From the human T2T-CHM13v2.0 reference genome, Homo sapiens, in NCBI RefSeq assembly GCF_009914755.1, contig NC_060935.1: a stretch of 64,000 bases of DNA. The stretch is one strand, 5' to 3'. Both the position numbers and the translations under genes were made by a program. Every line of letters begins with the position of its first letter. Within the stretch, counting starts at the first letter, position 1. The notes under the pieces are model-generated. The model did no database searches. It was not told where the DNA came from and saw only the letters and a program-made list of their open reading frames with translations. Positions 60,551-64,000 of the stretch are shown here, in pieces.

Positions 60551-61915
60551 TCTACCTCCTTAATACAGATATTGTAATACTTTTAGATGCCTAACAGTTC
60601 CACCCCTACCATCGGTCTAAATAGAATGACAACACTATCTACATATGCAGTAAAACCTGCCAATCATTTTTTAAAACTTAATTTCAACTCTGGGATCTTA
60701 GCCTCAGAAAGACAGAAGCTTTCTGTCATTTTTTCTCTTTCTGAATAAACATAAGATGGAAAAGAAGTGGTAAAAGCATGACATGAAGGGGAAGGGAGAA
60801 GGGCACTCTAAAAGCATAATTTTCTCCTAGTATCTTTGATTCTGCTGTTTCAGTCTGCTAAAAGATACCACCTAAAGTAAAACTCTGGATCTTCTCCACT
60901 CAGTAAAGAACCTGTCAACTGGCAAGATCCAAAGATTGGGTTTGTCAATTCTAGGTTTTCCTCAAAGAAATTTATGGACCATCCTCTGACATTAGGGATG
61001 GCAAAAGCCTAGATCATAAAAACAGCCCTACATAGTAATAGTTGAGTGAGCTAACTTATTGTTCCCTAAACTATCTATGAAACAGTATTTCAAAGAGAAC
61101 CTTGTATGACTATAGTTACTATTACATAACTCAGCAGGGACACTTCTGCCTGAAGTTGAAAGAAAAAAAAAGAAACTGTTAACTATTACCAATAACTTTA
61201 GTAAAATTGCTAAATTAAGAAGGGACATGTAAGGTGGCTCTACTGTCATCTCTACATAAAATACAGAAGAATTTTAACAAATAACCAAAATAAAAATACA
61301 TTATGTATAAAAAGCAGGAAAACATCCTACTGATAAATCACTAAGGTGAAAAGAGAACATCACAATTTGTAATACTACCATCTGTATAATGGGTTAGTTG
61401 TAATAAACTTTTGAGGTGTCAGCACAACACTTAATGGGAATATAAGTAATTTTAAAATTGTGTTATAAAGTATGCTTACGTGACATTTAAATATTTTGTC
61501 TCCATCTGCTGGAAAATAATAGCACTCTCCTAAGGTCAATACAAATTTTAAGAATTCTAGAAAAGCAGGAAATTCTGAATATACAAACCACATCTTTAGT
61601 TTTTATACATTATTTTCATGAAATTTCAGATACTTTTTATATTTTGTTACAGAATGTAACAAACCAAATGCATTATTATGTACTCATAGAATCATACTTT
61701 GTATTAATCCAGTTTAAGTAGAAACTCATATATGAGAATATTTTCAAGTATAAAACTATGTATTTAATTAACCTGCTCCAAATACATCATAATTAAAACA
61801 ATCTTCCATAGTACTAATAATTTAAATTAGCCTTCCAAAGACTGCAAATTTTTATCAATGCTTTCTCATACGTAAACTTGGGTCATACACTTATAATACC
61901 AAAAGAAATGCCTGA

Positions 61916-62210
61916 GGCCAGGCGCAGTAGCTCACACCTGTAATCCTTGCACTTTGGCAGGACAAGGCAGTTAGGTCAAGGCTTAAGCCCAGGAGTTCAA
62001 GACTAGGCTGGGCAACATGGTGAAACCACATCTCTATAAAAAATTATCTGGGAGTGGTGACATGCACCTGTAATCCCAACTACTTGGGAGGCTGAGGTGG
62101 GAGGATCACTTGAGGGGGAGGTGGAGGCTGCAGTGAGCCATGATCGCACCACTGCACTCCCTGGCTGACAGAGCGAGACTCTGTCTCGAAAAAAAAAAAA
62201 AAAAAAAAAA
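61916..62210 (+). mobile_element. AluJ
   Basis: gcttaagcccaggagttcaagac and ggaggatcacttgag...gagccatgatcgcacc; A tail. Confidence 0.85.
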
Positions 62211-62499
62211 CCCTGTGTGTCTATAATCAAAATGTAGAAATACCTTTAGTAATCGATGACACACTACAGTCTTCAGGTGGAAGACCTGTCCCACCATCCT
62301 TCCAGTACGGATTCAATTCTCTTTCCATCAGTTTGGACTAGAACAAATTATTTTCAGAGGTGAAATTTCAAAAAATTAACAAATTATAAAAAATTAACAA
62401 ATAATAAATCTGAGACCCAGTTAATAGTCATAACCCTGGACAAATCATTTAAAACATTCTTAAGATATGCTGTTCTGTAACTTACAGGAAATGTCTAAA

Positions 62500-63440
62500 T
62501 TCACATTCATTCAATGTTCTTATTTAATGCCTACTATATCTTAAAACTGTGCTAGTTGCAGAAGATTTAACTGTCAAAAATCCTGGTCAGCCCTTGCTAA
62601 CTTTTAGTTCAGTATGGAACACAGACAATAAAAACAGACATGTACTTTGAAGACAGAAGTATACAGTACTGAGGATGCAAAAAGAATTCAAATCCCTCTC
62701 ACAATAAAGGATCAAAGACTTCCTAGAGGAAGTAATATGTGCAGTCCAAGGATGAGCATAAATTAACCGCATTTTCTTTTTTTGTAGGGTAGGGAGTATA
62801 AAGATGTTCCAGGTAGAAAGAATAACAGCACGTTCTTAAAACAACAGAGAAAGAGAAAGTGCAGCAGTTTCAGGAAACTTAGAAATAATTCTAATTGGCT
62901 AAAACTGTGAGTGACTAATGACAAGAGATTATGTTGTAGAATAATCAGGGACTGGGCCACGTGAGCCATTTTGAACTGCTATGAGGGTTTCATGCTGGGG
63001 CCAAAAGAGACTCATGAATGTGATCAGCTTCATATCACACAAAGAGCAAACTGGGCTCAGCATGGAGGAAAGTCTGGAGAACAAGATCAGAGGCACAAGT
63101 TCAGTCAGAAGGCTGTGGCAGTAATCCAGGCAACAGATGATAGTAGCCTAATCACAATGCAAGTGTCTCCTGTGTTCTAAGCACGATGCCAGGCACTGGG
63201 ACTGTAATGTGTGACGCGGCCATGGTCCTTGCCATTAAATAAATTATGGTCTAGAGAAGGGGGAAAGACAATCAAGCAATATAAATATAGGTATGTGAGA
63301 TCAAAGTAAAGGGTGCTAAAGAACTACATACTAATGATACCGAAGTTGACCCTGGGAGTGGGGGGTTAGAAAATGCTTCCTACAAGAAGTAATAATGGCA
63401 AGAGGATGGCAAGAAATGGAACGAGCTAAATGTTAGGAAC
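62500..63440 (-). mobile_element. L2 fragments
   Basis: cattcattcaatgttcttatttaatgcctactat...gttccaggtagaaagaataacagc...gcagtaatccaggcaacagatgatag. Confidence 0.6.
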
Positions 63441-64000
63441 TTTAGTTTCCAGGAATACAATATACTACTGAAAATTAAAATGCTCTGTAAAATTTGTTTT
63501 TAAAAGGGCTTTTTTAAATGTATCCATGAGCTGACGAAAAAGAACCTTCAAAGGACAAAATTTAAGTTAAAGTTTAACCTAAAGGGATATACAAAACCAT
63601 ACAGATTTGATTTCTTAGTTTGTATCAAAAAAGGTTCTGTCACCTCCCTTGTTAGTTTACCACAAAATCTTTCAATATCTATAGTCAAGGAATTTCTTCC
63701 AATGGTCTTAAGACTCTCAAAAATATACACATAAGATACTCAACAGGACAAAAAAGGCTAGAATTGCATACTGAGGACAATTGACAAGAGGCTAGACAAA
63801 TTATGAGATACTATCTGAAAATGTATAAAAGACAAAGGATTGAAAACATAAATAACTTCTATAAATCAGTTAGAAAAAGACAAACAACCCTGGTAGAAAA
63901 GTAAGCAAAAAACATAAATGAGCAGCTCCCAGTACAAGAAATCTGAATGACCAAAAAACATGAAAAGACCTCTCTGGTAGCAATCAGATAAATGCGAACA

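Overview
Primate, almost certainly human, AT-rich genomic DNA lying inside CWF19L2 (minus strand; 11q22.3 from recall). Six internal coding exons can be defined exactly by GT-AG boundaries and consistent phases: 56908-56793, 52611-51959, 41441-41348, 39453-39364, 16048-15932 and 13364-13227 (probably exons 7-12). The introns contain a young L1PA2-like element with an uninterrupted ORF2 3' half, a full-length dead L1PB1, a processed SMARCE1 pseudogene, Alus, solo LTRs (MER21, THE1A, MLT2A nested in MLT1A), DNA-transposon MITEs and old L1M/L2/MIR fragments. The most notable unexplained signal is a cluster of exon-like segments with splice sites at about 30.1-35.3 kb on the minus strand, in the long intron after the 90-nt exon. 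Their joined, stop- and frameshift-damaged translation shows collinear motifs of a CxC + KDZ (Kyakuja-Dileera-Zisupton) transposase, suggesting a decayed spliced transposase-derived gene nested in CWF19L2. Repeat subfamily names and motif comparisons come from recalled consensus sequences; no search was run.
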